From Verrucomicrobiia bacterium (GTDB taxonomy: Bacteria; Verrucomicrobiota; Verrucomicrobiia; Limisphaerales; JADLHS01): a stretch of 64,000 bases of DNA. The stretch is from the NCBI GenBank assembly GCA_011525685.1, contig WYBW01000089.1, positions 2,697 through 66,696 of the forward strand, in the 5' to 3' direction. Numbering within the stretch: the first letter of the stretch is position 1; each line of letters begins with the position of its first letter. A program made the position numbers and the translations under genes. Under the pieces are notes generated by a model, which searched no databases, had not been told where the DNA came from, and saw only the letters and a program-made list of their open reading frames with translations. Positions 1 to 9,689 of the stretch are shown here, one piece after another.

Positions 1-171
1 GCACGGGAATGGTTGCCGCTGGCGTTTCGTGATTCAACGGTTTAGATTCATCGCACCTTGCCTTCAGTTGGAATGGCGTTGACTCTTGGAGTTCAAGGCC
101 GTCCGGCTGGCAAGCCATTTGTAACACCTTGGAAATCGAATTCGTCGAGTTCATCTGACTGAGAGACCGCT

Positions 172-2418
172 TTGAACGAGAACGGCACAAATGTGGACAG
201 CGCTCGAGTGAACGGCTCGAACGGGCAATTGCCTCCTTCGGGTTTGAGCTTGGACGATGTTTATTACACCCTCTTCCGACACAAGTGGCTGCTGCTGGGA
301 TCGGTGTGTCTGGGGGTTGCTGCCGCCCTCATCGTGCCTTCGGTTCGCCCGCCGCGCTACGAATCGCAGGCCAAGGTGATGCTCAAGTACGTGTTGGATA
401 CTCCAGCCGTGAGCCCCGGCACCGCGCAGGCCGTCAGATCACCCGATTCGGGTGGAGTGACCATTATGAACTCAGAGATGGAGATTCTGGGCAGTGCCGA
501 TGTCGCGGAAAAGGCTGCCGAGTTGGTGGGGCCGGAGAGGATCCTGGCGCGGGCAGGAGGTGGAAGCGACCGGAGTGCTGCCGCGGATGTCATCAGAGAT
601 GGGCTGCGGGTTGAAGCACCTGCACGCACCACCGTGATCAAAGTGAGCTTCCGGCATAGAGACCCGACGGTGGTGCAGGGAGTGTTGCAGGCGGTTCTGG
701 ATACCTACAACCAGAAACATCGTGAAGTACATACCGGCTACGGAGTGTTGGACGAATACTACGTGCAACAACGGGATGACTTGCGTGACAAGATCACCAC
801 GACGGAGGAGGAACTCAAAGTCCTCAAAACTCAGGCCAAAATCCTGTCTTCAATCAAGGACGCCAAGCAGACCTATCACACCCAGATCGAGCGGCTCACC
901 GGAGAACTGCTTACCGCCGAAACCGAGCTTGCCGTGGCCCGGGCGGTGGTGGGGAACATGGTTGCACTTGTTCCCGGCACAAATGAACCCCCGGCCACTC
1001 CTGCCTCCGCTGAGAAGCTGAAAGAGTATAATGAACTGCTGGAGCAACTGGACGCGGCCAGAAGGCGCGAACGTGAGTTGTTGCTGCAATCACAGTTCAC
1101 TGCCGAGCACCCTTCTGTGCAAGCGATCCGTCAGGTGCTTGACCGCTTGATCGCCCAGAAATCGGCCATGGAGGCGCAGGACACATCGCTGGCTTCCCTT
1201 CACGGTTTTGTTGCGGAGAGAGGCACCAACCGGGCGGTCGTGGACCTCACGACCGAGGTTGCGAACATCAAACGACTCACCGCCAAGGTGGACACGCTCG
1301 CCACGCTGTTGAGCAATGTCCAGAACCGGGCGGCCAGCGTGATGAACTTGGAGCCACAAATCGCCCAACTGGAACGACAACTGGAGCAGTACGAAAAAGA
1401 CTATCGGCACTTTCAAGCCACGATTGACCGGGCGCGCCAGGGCGAAAGCGCCGGCGCTGGCAAGCAAGTGAACATGAGCATCGTCCAGCATCCCACACCG
1501 CCGGGACTGGACCGCCGGAAATTGATGAAACTCATGGGCGGCGCCTTCGCGGGCTGCGTCGGCATGGGCCTGGCCCTGGCTTTCCTGATTGATTTCGTCC
1601 TGGACCGGACCATTCGGCGCTCTGGCGATGTTCGCCGTCACATGCGCTTGTCGCTCCTGCTTTCGATTCCTGATACATCACGCGGGAGCGCCTTCCGCTG
1701 GCTTGGTCTGCGACGACAAAAAGCCGCGGCCTCGAAAGCCGGTCCTGGCGACAAGGCCCGTGCCAACGGTGTTGCTCCCTGGGACGAGGAACATCATCTG
1801 CGCGCTTACACTGATGGACTCCGGGAACGTCTGATCACGTATTTTGAGATCAACAACGTAACTCATTCGCCCAAACTGGTCGGGGTGACCGGGTGCAACA
1901 AGGGTTCGGGGGTTTCCACGCTGGCAAGTGGGCTGGCTGCGGCCCTATCCAAGATTGGCAGCGGCAACGTGCTGCTGGTGGATATGAACGTGGGAGAGGG
2001 CGAAGCGCATGCATTCCACAGTGGCAAACCCGGCTGTGCTTTGGCAAACATCGCCACGCCGGAGTCGCAGCCTGAAGGGACGGCTTCGGAGAACTTGTAT
2101 CTCGTGCCGTCGCGTCTGGGAGTTGATAACAAGCTGGCAAAGGTCATGCCGGCCGGTTTTACGAATCTGGTCACAAACCTCAAGGCGAGTGACTATGATT
2201 ATATCATTTTCGACATGCCTCCAGTCACTCCCACGAGTGCCACGCCGCGGCTGGGCAGCTATATGGACATGATCCTGTTCGTGGCCGAGTCCGGGAAGAC
2301 CCCTCAGCAGCTTGCGCGACAGGCGGGCGCGCTTCTTAGCGAAGCGCGCGCCAACGCGGCGGTGGTGCTCAACAAGTGCCGCAGGCATGTTCCGCAGTTG
2401 CTGTCGCATGAGACCTAA
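172..2418 (+). CDS. Polysaccharide co-polymerase (Wzz/GumC-type chain-length determinant) fused to a BY-kinase-like P-loop domain (Wzc architecture); P-loop looks degenerate
   Basis: 748-aa ORF with TTG start at 172. TM1 is WLLLGSVCLGVAAALIV, followed by the PRYESQAKVMLKY Wzz-type motif and a long coiled-coil region. TM2 is LMGGAFAGCVGMGLALAFLIDFV. The C-terminal MinD/ParA-like domain shows VGVTGCNKGSGVSTLASGLAAAL, VLLVDMN and YDYIIFDMPPV. Confidence 0.8.
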   Translation: MNENGTNVDSARVNGSNGQLPPSGLSLDDVYYTLFRHKWLLLGSVCLGVAAALIVPSVRPPRYESQAKVMLKYVLDTPAVSPGTAQAVRSPDSGGVTIMNSEMEILGSADVAEKAAELVGPERILARAGGGSDRSAAADVIRDGLRVEAPARTTVIKVSFRHRDPTVVQGVLQAVLDTYNQKHREVHTGYGVLDEYYVQQRDDLRDKITTTEEELKVLKTQAKILSSIKDAKQTYHTQIERLTGELLTAETELAVARAVVGNMVALVPGTNEPPATPASAEKLKEYNELLEQLDAARRRERELLLQSQFTAEHPSVQAIRQVLDRLIAQKSAMEAQDTSLASLHGFVAERGTNRAVVDLTTEVANIKRLTAKVDTLATLLSNVQNRAASVMNLEPQIAQLERQLEQYEKDYRHFQATIDRARQGESAGAGKQVNMSIVQHPTPPGLDRRKLMKLMGGAFAGCVGMGLALAFLIDFVLDRTIRRSGDVRRHMRLSLLLSIPDTSRGSAFRWLGLRRQKAAASKAGPGDKARANGVAPWDEEHHLRAYTDGLRERLITYFEINNVTHSPKLVGVTGCNKGSGVSTLASGLAAALSKIGSGNVLLVDMNVGEGEAHAFHSGKPGCALANIATPESQPEGTASENLYLVPSRLGVDNKLAKVMPAGFTNLVTNLKASDYDYIIFDMPPVTPTSATPRLGSYMDMILFVAESGKTPQQLARQAGALLSEARANAAVVLNKCRRHVPQLLSHET

Positions 2419-2591
2419 CTGCCTCTGCGGCACTAGGATTGCTCTGGAGGGTGAAGGTGGCCCTCGCTGTTCCGTCGTCGTTTGCCAGTGAACCGCGCAC
2501 AAACTGCGCCTTTTGAGCCAGTCAAACGCAGGACTGCGAATTGACGGGGACGAAGTCCGCCCACCTTGCGCCCCGCAATTTGAACCTTTGC

Positions 2592-3869
2592 ATGTCCACT
2601 TTTTGCACCAGCCAGCGGTTTCGGAGTCGGCGCGCGGCCGTGGTGGTGTTCTCGCATTATCCGAGCGACCCACGCCCGCGACGGGCCGCGGAGGCGCTCG
2701 CGCAGGAAGGCATGACGGTGGATGTCATTTGCCTGAAGTTGGCCGCGGGCGAAACCGGACGGGAAACTTTCAACGGAGTCAACATCCTGCGACTCCCGTT
2801 GCGTCACCAGCGAGGCGGCAAGCTGAACTACCTTCTCCAATACGCCGCGTTCCTTTTGGCTGCCTTCGGTCTGCTGACCTACCGTTCCTTTAGCCGGGGC
2901 TATCATTTGGTGCATGTGCATAACATGCCCGACGTGCTGGTATTTAGCGCATTGGTCCCAAAGCTTTTGGGGGCGAAGGTCATTCTCGACTTGCACGACC
3001 CGATGCCGGAACTTATGACCACGATTTTCGGGATTTCCGGGGAGAGCTGGACGGTGCGGTGGCTCAAGCGTTTTGAAAAATGGAGCACCGGTTTCGCGGA
3101 CGCGGTCATCACCGTGAATCTGGCTTGCAAACAGATCTTTACGGCTCGCAGTTGTCCGGCCAGCAAACTCCGCGTCGTGATGAACGCTCCCGACGATGGC
3201 CTCTTCCAATATCGCGAAGTGATGTCCACGGTGCCGACGGAGCGCGATCCGCGCCGACCCTTTGTCGTAATGTATCATGGGTCGTTGGTGGAACGGCATG
3301 GACTGGATTTGGCGGTTCAGGCGGTCGAAATGGTGAAGGAGAGCATCCCAAATGTTGAACTGCGGGTTTATGGTCGGGCCACCGAATTCCTTCAGCAGGT
3401 GATGAAGCAGGTTGCCGAACGGGGATTGCAGGGCAGGGTGCGTTACCTCGGGGCAATCCCGTTGGAACAGATCGTTTCGGCCATTGACGAATGTGATGTG
3501 GGCGTGATCCCGAATCGGCGGAGTCTGTTTACCGAGATCAACACGCCGACCCGCATCTTCGAGTACCTGGCCCGGGGCAAGCCGGTCATCGCGCCGATGG
3601 CGGGCGGTATCCGCGACTACTTTGGTGAGGATGACCTGATTTATTTCAGTCTGGGAGACGCGCAAGACCTTGCCAGACAGATGGAATTCGCCTACCGCAA
3701 CCCCGGCGCGGTGCGCCAGATCACCAGCAAGGGTCAGGTGATCTATCTCGCCCACTGCTGGAAAGCGGAGCGTGCGCGATTTCTTGACCTGGCTTGCGAA
3801 CTGTTGGGCGCCACCGCTGCGGATTCCAAGCCCCGGGCAGTGGAGGCGGTCAGGTCCGAGGCTGGATGA
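2592..3869 (+). CDS. Glycosyltransferase, GT4 (GT-B, group 1) family
   Basis: The tracked ORF is 2541..3869; the first ATG is at 2592 (MSTFCTSQRF). The C-terminal half has the GT4-type region IPNRRSLFTEINTPTRIFEYLARGKPVIAPMAGGIRDYF. Start codon is uncertain. Confidence 0.8.
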   Translation: MSTFCTSQRFRSRRAAVVVFSHYPSDPRPRRAAEALAQEGMTVDVICLKLAAGETGRETFNGVNILRLPLRHQRGGKLNYLLQYAAFLLAAFGLLTYRSFSRGYHLVHVHNMPDVLVFSALVPKLLGAKVILDLHDPMPELMTTIFGISGESWTVRWLKRFEKWSTGFADAVITVNLACKQIFTARSCPASKLRVVMNAPDDGLFQYREVMSTVPTERDPRRPFVVMYHGSLVERHGLDLAVQAVEMVKESIPNVELRVYGRATEFLQQVMKQVAERGLQGRVRYLGAIPLEQIVSAIDECDVGVIPNRRSLFTEINTPTRIFEYLARGKPVIAPMAGGIRDYFGEDDLIYFSLGDAQDLARQMEFAYRNPGAVRQITSKGQVIYLAHCWKAERARFLDLACELLGATAADSKPRAVEAVRSEAG

Positions 3870-3925
3870 CGGTTGGGCGGCATGGTCTTCAAGCTCAAGA
3901 ATCCGATCTTGGGGCCACGTGACAA

Positions 3926-5599
3926 ATGATCGGTGTCCTTGCCACAAATGAAGCCCGCCCCGTGGTGCAGGAGTTTTTCGAGTTGTTCAAGACTCCGTGG
4001 GAGTTTTATCGAAAGGGCGCCGCTTATGACGTCTTGCTTTGCAACGGGGTGGAAGTCCCGGAGGCTGCGGCTTCGCTGGTGATGATCTATGGGGCAAAGC
4101 CGAATCAATTTGATCGCGCGCACGGCATCAAGCTCGAAGTACAACCGGCGACGGCCCTCCTGGACGGGCCTGAGGGGCGACTGGCGATCTATGGCCCGTG
4201 GGCCTCGATTGGCGCCCCTGGGAAGCGGCTGCTGCGCGAATCAGGCCAGGAAAAGGCGGTGGGAGTCGTGCTTCGTCACGGCCATCAGACTGTGGTGCGG
4301 ATCGGGTTTGATTTGTTTCACGAAATTCAGCATCTGTTGGTCAAGGGACAACCGGCTGTCCACGCCCGCATCCCCACGTTGGAAAGGCACATCGCACTGC
4401 TCCGTGACCAGATCCTGCGGTGCGGGTTTCCACTGGTGGAAATCCCGCCTGTGCCCGCGGGGTTCAACTTCATCGCCTGCCTGACCCATGATGTGGATCA
4501 CTATGGAATCCGGAATCATCGCCTCGACCACACGATGTGGGGATTCTTGTATCGGGCCGCGGTGACTTCCGTTCTCCGTTGCTGGCGGGGGGAAATTACT
4601 CCGCGGCAGTTGCTAGCCAATTGGGCGGCTGTCGGCCGTCTGCCGCTGGTGCAGTTGGGGTGGGCCGGAGATTTCTGGTGTCAGTTGGACCGCTACCTGG
4701 AGATCGAACAGGGCCTGGGTTCGTCGTTCTATTTCATCCCGTTCAATAACCGCCGCGGCCGGAGTTGCAAGGGGCGTGACGTCTCGCGCCGCGCCGCCCG
4801 TTATGATGTGGCTGAACTGCGCGAGGAATTGCGCCGGCTGGAGCGGGCCGGGTGCGAGGTCGGCTTGCACGGCATTGATGCGTGGTGCGACGCCGGCGCC
4901 GGGCAGGCCGAACGCGAGCGCCTGGCCGAGGGAGTCAACTCGCGGCTCGAGGGCGTGCGAATGCACTGGTTGTTTTTCGAGGATCAATCACCGGCCACGC
5001 TCGAGGCGGCGGGTTTTTCCTATGACTCCAGCTTTGGCTACAACGAATCTGTCGGTTTTCGCGCTGGCACCGCGCAGGCCTTCCAGCCACCGGGAGTCAC
5101 CCAACTCCTGGAGTTGCCGCTGATCCTCATGGACACGGCCTTGTTCTATCCCCATTACCTGAATCTGTCGGCTGCCGCCGCGGAGCAAGTCGTGGCTGAA
5201 TTGTTGCGGGAGGCCAGGCAGTTCGGCGGCGCGGTGACGATCAACTGGCATGATCGCAGCATCCTGCCGGAACGCCATTGGGACGGGTTCTACCGCCGAC
5301 TGCTCCGCCGGTTGCGAGACGAGCAGGCTTGGATGCCAACGGCCGCGAACGCCGTCGCCTGGTTTCGCAAACGCCGGTCGGCCCGGATCGAGGAAGTCGT
5401 CTGGCGGAACGGCACGGTGCGGGTCAGGGCGTCGGTGGCTGCTGATGCGGGGAAATTGCCCGCCTTACGCCTCCGCCTTCACGCGCCGGCGACTCCTGCC
5501 GAGTCGTCCGAAGCGCGCTTCGTTGACTTTACGTTGGATGGAACACTCGAGGAAACCATGGATTTGCCGGACCGGACGCCGGTTCCACAGCTCAATTGA
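3926..5599 (+). CDS. Putative polysaccharide deacetylase-like (CE4/NodB or ArnD-type DVD motif) protein with an uncharacterised ~190-aa N-terminal domain
   Basis: 557-aa ORF with ATG at 3926. Motifs: FIACLTHDVDHYG (D-x-D metal motif), FYFIPF, EVGLHGIDAW. Assignment is by motif only. Confidence 0.5.
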   Translation: MIGVLATNEARPVVQEFFELFKTPWEFYRKGAAYDVLLCNGVEVPEAAASLVMIYGAKPNQFDRAHGIKLEVQPATALLDGPEGRLAIYGPWASIGAPGKRLLRESGQEKAVGVVLRHGHQTVVRIGFDLFHEIQHLLVKGQPAVHARIPTLERHIALLRDQILRCGFPLVEIPPVPAGFNFIACLTHDVDHYGIRNHRLDHTMWGFLYRAAVTSVLRCWRGEITPRQLLANWAAVGRLPLVQLGWAGDFWCQLDRYLEIEQGLGSSFYFIPFNNRRGRSCKGRDVSRRAARYDVAELREELRRLERAGCEVGLHGIDAWCDAGAGQAERERLAEGVNSRLEGVRMHWLFFEDQSPATLEAAGFSYDSSFGYNESVGFRAGTAQAFQPPGVTQLLELPLILMDTALFYPHYLNLSAAAAEQVVAELLREARQFGGAVTINWHDRSILPERHWDGFYRRLLRRLRDEQAWMPTAANAVAWFRKRRSARIEEVVWRNGTVRVRASVAADAGKLPALRLRLHAPATPAESSEARFVDFTLDGTLEETMDLPDRTPVPQLN

Positions 5600-6636
5600 T
5601 GATTATGAACACTGAAAAACTGGTATTGGCGCAATTCGGTTGCGGCTACTGGGGGCCGAACCTCTTGCGAAACTTCTCGGCGCTGCCGAATTGCTGGGTG
5701 AAGTACGTGGTGGACGCGAGCGCCGATCGCCGTGCTTTCGTTCAAGCCAACTTTCCGCGAACCTCCGCCGTGGAGTCTGTCGGGACGGTGTTGAACGACC
5801 CTGAGGTGCAGGGGATTGTCATCGCCACCCCGGCGGCATCGCATTTTGAACTAGCCCTGGCCGCACTGCGGGCGGGTAAGCACATTTTCGTCGAGAAGCC
5901 GCTGGCCACGAGGGTGGCCGAAGTGGACGAACTGGGGCGGTGCGCCGCGCAACACAAGCTGGTGGTCATGACGGGCCACACGTTTCTCTACAACGCTGCC
6001 GTGCGCTATGTGAAGAAGCTGATTGATGCCGGCGATCTGGGCGAGATTCGTTACATCTACAGCCAGCGACTCAATCTGGGCCGCATCCGTTCGGACATTG
6101 ATGCGCTGTGGAATTTCGCGCCGCATGACATCAGCATCATCCAATACTGGCTGGGCGACCCGGAACCACTTACCGTTTCCCGGCAGGGCATGGCCTACAT
6201 CCAGGACTCCGTCGAAGATGTCGTGTTCCTCAGCGTGGTGTATCCCGGCAAGATCATGGCCAACATCCACGTCAGTTGGCTCGACCCGCAGAAGGTTCGC
6301 AAGATGATCGTGGTCGGCTCGCGCAAAATGGTCGTCTATGACGACGTTGCGGATGACAAGATCGCGATTTATGACAAGGGCATTGACCGGAAGGCCATCT
6401 TGGGACAGCACATGGATTTTGATGCGCCGCCACGACCGGAGTTCAACTATCGCAGCGGCGACATTCTCCTGCCGCAGGTGAAATTCACCGAACCCTTGCG
6501 GGCGGAAGCGGAACATTTCGTGGAGTGCATCCGCCAGGGCCGCGCGCCCCTCACCGGCGTGGACCACGCCCGCACGGTGGTGTCCATCCTGGAACGCGCC
6601 GGCAACGGTGTGCTGGCCCAACCCTTGGCCGCCTGA
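5599..6636 (+). CDS. Gfo/Idh/MocA-family NAD(P)-dependent sugar-nucleotide oxidoreductase (WbpB/GnnA-like)
   Basis: Rossmann N-terminus LAQFGCGYWGPNLLRNF, then the EKPLA motif (HIFVEKPLATRVAEVDEL). ATG at 5599 overlaps the upstream TGA by 1 nt; alternatives are ATG 5605 or TTG 5596. It sits directly upstream of an LbH acetyltransferase and a DegT aminotransferase. Confidence 0.85.
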   Translation: MIMNTEKLVLAQFGCGYWGPNLLRNFSALPNCWVKYVVDASADRRAFVQANFPRTSAVESVGTVLNDPEVQGIVIATPAASHFELALAALRAGKHIFVEKPLATRVAEVDELGRCAAQHKLVVMTGHTFLYNAAVRYVKKLIDAGDLGEIRYIYSQRLNLGRIRSDIDALWNFAPHDISIIQYWLGDPEPLTVSRQGMAYIQDSVEDVVFLSVVYPGKIMANIHVSWLDPQKVRKMIVVGSRKMVVYDDVADDKIAIYDKGIDRKAILGQHMDFDAPPRPEFNYRSGDILLPQVKFTEPLRAEAEHFVECIRQGRAPLTGVDHARTVVSILERAGNGVLAQPLAA

Positions 6637-6644
6637 TCCTCGTT

Positions 6645-7118
6645 ATGAGCGAACCCAGAATCCTAAACAGCGGCGTGGTCAACGTTGCCTTTGGCAACAA
6701 CGTGACAATCGTCCAACCTGTCAACCTTTATGGCTGTGCCATCGGTGACGATTGTTTTGTCGGCCCGTTTGTGGAAATCCAGAAGGATGTCACCATCGGG
6801 CGGCGCTGTCGCATCCAGTCGCACACTTTCATCTGCGAACTGGTTACGATTGGCGACGACTGCTTCATCGCGCATGGCGTCATGTTCATCAACGACCTGT
6901 TCTCCATCGGCGGTCCGGCCAAAGGACGCAAGGACCTGTGGAAGTCCACCCGGATTGGCTCGCGCGTCAGCCTGGGCAGCAACTCCACCATTCTGCCGGT
7001 CGCCATTTGTGACGATGTCGTGGTCGGGGCCGGCAGCGTCGTCACGCGCGACATCACCGAGCCGGGGATTTATGTCGGCAATCCGGCGCGGTTGCTGCGG
7101 CGACTGCAGCCGGCCTGA
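6645..7118 (+). CDS. Hexapeptide-repeat (LbH) sugar N-acetyltransferase (WbpD-like)
   Basis: The real start is most likely ATG 6645 (MSEPRILNSG); the tracked ORF 6525..7118 extends back into the upstream gene. Left-handed beta-helix repeats: IGDDCFVGPFVEI, IGRRCRIQSHTFI, IGDDCFIAHGVMF, VGAGSVVTRDI. Confidence 0.85.
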   Translation: MSEPRILNSGVVNVAFGNNVTIVQPVNLYGCAIGDDCFVGPFVEIQKDVTIGRRCRIQSHTFICELVTIGDDCFIAHGVMFINDLFSIGGPAKGRKDLWKSTRIGSRVSLGSNSTILPVAICDDVVVGAGSVVTRDITEPGIYVGNPARLLRRLQPA

Positions 7119-7152
7119 ACCAGTTTTCTCGCCACTCCAACCTCACAAGATC

Positions 7153-8268
7153 ATGAAGGTTCCATTCGTTGATCTGCACGCGCAGTATCTAACCATCAAA
7201 CCGGAAATTGACGCGGCGATCGCGCGCGTCATCGCCGAGTCGTCTTACATCCGCGGCCCGCACGTGGACGCATTCGAGCAGGCGTGGGCAAAAACCCTGG
7301 GCATGAAGCATTGCGTTTCCTGCGCCAATGGCACGGACGCGCTTTACATCGCCATGCGCGGACTAGGGCTGAAACCGGGCGACGAGGTCATCACCACGGC
7401 TCACTCCTGGATCTCGACCACCGAAACCATCACTCAGGCTGGCGGGCGGGTGGTGTTCTGCGACACGGACGACGAAACGTTCACCATTGATGCCAGGCAG
7501 GTGGAATCGAAGGTCACCCCGCGCACGGTCGGTATCATTCCCGTGCATCTCTACGGGCAGCCGTGCGACATGGACGCAATCATGGCCATCGCCCGGAAGC
7601 ACAAGTTGTGGGTGATCGAAGATTGCGCTCAGGCGCATCTCTCGAGGTACAAAGGCCGGTTGACCGGAACGTTCGGCCACGCCGCCACGTTCTCGTTCTA
7701 TCCCGGCAAGAACCTGGGCGCCTATGGCGACGCGGGCTGCCTGGTGACCAATGACGATCAACTGGCAGACTGGTGCGCCACCTATGCCCGACACGGTGGC
7801 AAAGGGGAGCATGTGATGGAAGGCATCAACAGCCGCTTGGACGGATTGCAGGCGGCGATTCTCAACGTAAAGCTACCGCATCTCGCGGCCTGGACGGAGG
7901 CGCGTCGCGCCGTGGCGGCGCAATACGACCAAAGGCTCAAGGGAGTGGGCGACCTGCGGCTTCCGGGAATCGGACCGGATCGCGACCATGTGTATCACCT
8001 GTATGTGATCCGCACCGAACGGCGGGACGCCCTCAAGAAACATCTGGGGGATGCCGGGATTGCGACCGTGTTGAACTATCCCAAGGCGCTTCCCTTCTAT
8101 CCGGCCTACGCGTACCTGGGCCACAAACCACAGGACTTTCCGGTGGCGTACGCCCACCAGTCCCGCATCCTCTCGCTGCCGATCTATCCCGAGTTGAGCG
8201 ATGAAATGCTGGGTTACGTCACCGAGGCCATCAAGGGTTTCTTCGCCGGGGATGGACGAACTTCGTGA
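7153..8268 (+). CDS. DegT/DnrJ/EryC1/StrS-family PLP-dependent sugar aminotransferase (WbpE/GnnB-like)
   Basis: ATG at 7153 (MKVPFVDLHAQYLTIKPEID, the typical family N-terminus). Schiff-base lysine context FSFYPGKNLGAYGDAG. The tracked ORF 6730..8268 is an upstream extension overlapping the acetyltransferase. Confidence 0.9.
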   Translation: MKVPFVDLHAQYLTIKPEIDAAIARVIAESSYIRGPHVDAFEQAWAKTLGMKHCVSCANGTDALYIAMRGLGLKPGDEVITTAHSWISTTETITQAGGRVVFCDTDDETFTIDARQVESKVTPRTVGIIPVHLYGQPCDMDAIMAIARKHKLWVIEDCAQAHLSRYKGRLTGTFGHAATFSFYPGKNLGAYGDAGCLVTNDDQLADWCATYARHGGKGEHVMEGINSRLDGLQAAILNVKLPHLAAWTEARRAVAAQYDQRLKGVGDLRLPGIGPDRDHVYHLYVIRTERRDALKKHLGDAGIATVLNYPKALPFYPAYAYLGHKPQDFPVAYAHQSRILSLPIYPELSDEMLGYVTEAIKGFFAGDGRTS

Positions 8269-8312
8269 GACGCAGAGCAACAATCAGTGTGACTAGCCCG
8301 GTTGCTTGAATC

Positions 8313-9671
8313 ATGCCCCCCCAACTGGCGCTTTTGCTCACGATCGGTTTCGTGCTCTTCCTGTTTCGATGGGAAACGCGCGCCGCGGGGCGGATGAGCC
8401 GCGCCCTCTGGATTCCGCTGACCTGGATTCTGATCACCGGGTCGCGGTTCGTCGGCCAGTGGTTGCAGGTCTTCGGTGGCGGTGGCGGCGGTGTGGCTTA
8501 CGACGAGGGCAGTCCTTTGGACGCGCTGGTGTTTCTGAGCTTGATCCTCGCGGGCTTCAGTGTCCTTTACCGGCGGCAGGTCACGGTGTCCGAGGTCATT
8601 CGCAACAACGTCTGGATCTCCATCTTCTTCATCTACGGCTTCGTGGCCATTCTTTGGTCGGACTTCCCCTTCGTGGCCTTCAAGCGGTGGATCAAGGTGC
8701 TGGGGCATCCCATCATGGCCCTGGTGATTCTGACGGAGCCGAACCCGATGGCCGCATTGCGCGGTGTGCTGAAGCGCGCCGCGTTTGTGCTAATGCCGTT
8801 CTCGGTAACCCTCATCAAGTATTTTCCTGATATCGGGCGCGGCTTCGATTGGTGGACGGGCCAGGGATTCAACAACGGCGTGAATCTGAACAAGAACGAG
8901 CTGGGTTATTGCTGTTTGATCTTCGGACTATTCTTCTTTTGGAACCTGCTTCAAGCCCGAAAGCTTCAGGAACGCAAAGCGCGGCGGAAAGAGACATGGT
9001 TGAGCGTCGGCTTTCTGGCCATGATTTGGTGGTTGCTCTCGATGGCCAACAGCGCCACCTCGCTGGCCTGCTTGGTCATTGGCGCGGCTACGATGGTACT
9101 CTTGGGGATGCGTTGGGTCAGTAGAAGGTATTTTGGCGTTTATGTGGTGGTGGGGGTGTTGGTGTTTGGCGCGGCGGAGACGCTGCTCGGTGTCTATGCG
9201 GGAGTGGTGGAAATGCTGGGACGTGACCCCACTCTCACGGACCGGACGGAAGTCTGGCAGGACGCCCTGGCCTTGGCCAAGGATCCGATACTTGGTGCCG
9301 GATTCGAGAGTTTCTGGCTTGGGGAACGACTGGAGGCCATGTGGGCCAAGTGGCCCTGGCAACCCAATCAAGCCCACAATGGTTATATCGAAACCTATCT
9401 CAATCTCGGGGGCGTTGGCTTATCGTTATTGGTTTGCGCTTTGATTGCGACTTTCAAGAAAGCCCAAGCCGAATTGTTGCGGGAATTCGAGTTTGGCCGG
9501 TTGCGTATGGCCTTCCTCTTTGTGGTGTTGGTCTATAACTTCACGGAGGCAACTTTCAAAGGGGTACACCTCGTGTGGCTGATGTTCCATATCGTGGCCT
9601 TGGATTGCTGTAGATCCTCGCCGAACCCAGCGTGGGAGACTGTTCAGCCTTCAACCGCTGGGGCGACATAG
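8313..9671 (+). CDS. O-antigen ligase/polymerase-like (Wzy_C domain) polytopic membrane protein
   Basis: 452 aa with about 10 or more hydrophobic segments. A large loop carries WQPNQAHNGYIETYLNLGGVGLSLL, which resembles the Wzy_C/O-antigen-ligase signature. Confidence 0.75.
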   Translation: MPPQLALLLTIGFVLFLFRWETRAAGRMSRALWIPLTWILITGSRFVGQWLQVFGGGGGGVAYDEGSPLDALVFLSLILAGFSVLYRRQVTVSEVIRNNVWISIFFIYGFVAILWSDFPFVAFKRWIKVLGHPIMALVILTEPNPMAALRGVLKRAAFVLMPFSVTLIKYFPDIGRGFDWWTGQGFNNGVNLNKNELGYCCLIFGLFFFWNLLQARKLQERKARRKETWLSVGFLAMIWWLLSMANSATSLACLVIGAATMVLLGMRWVSRRYFGVYVVVGVLVFGAAETLLGVYAGVVEMLGRDPTLTDRTEVWQDALALAKDPILGAGFESFWLGERLEAMWAKWPWQPNQAHNGYIETYLNLGGVGLSLLVCALIATFKKAQAELLREFEFGRLRMAFLFVVLVYNFTEATFKGVHLVWLMFHIVALDCCRSSPNPAWETVQPSTAGAT

Positions 9672-9689
9672 CCTTCCTCCTCTTCAAAC

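Noticed and set aside
1-171. Possible 3' end of an upstream gene, or a promoter (TTGACT at 79-84), before the Wzc-like gene.
   Set aside because: All three + frames hit stops within about 80 nt and no start is in the window. There is no acceptable -10 element at the right spacing. This cannot be supported.
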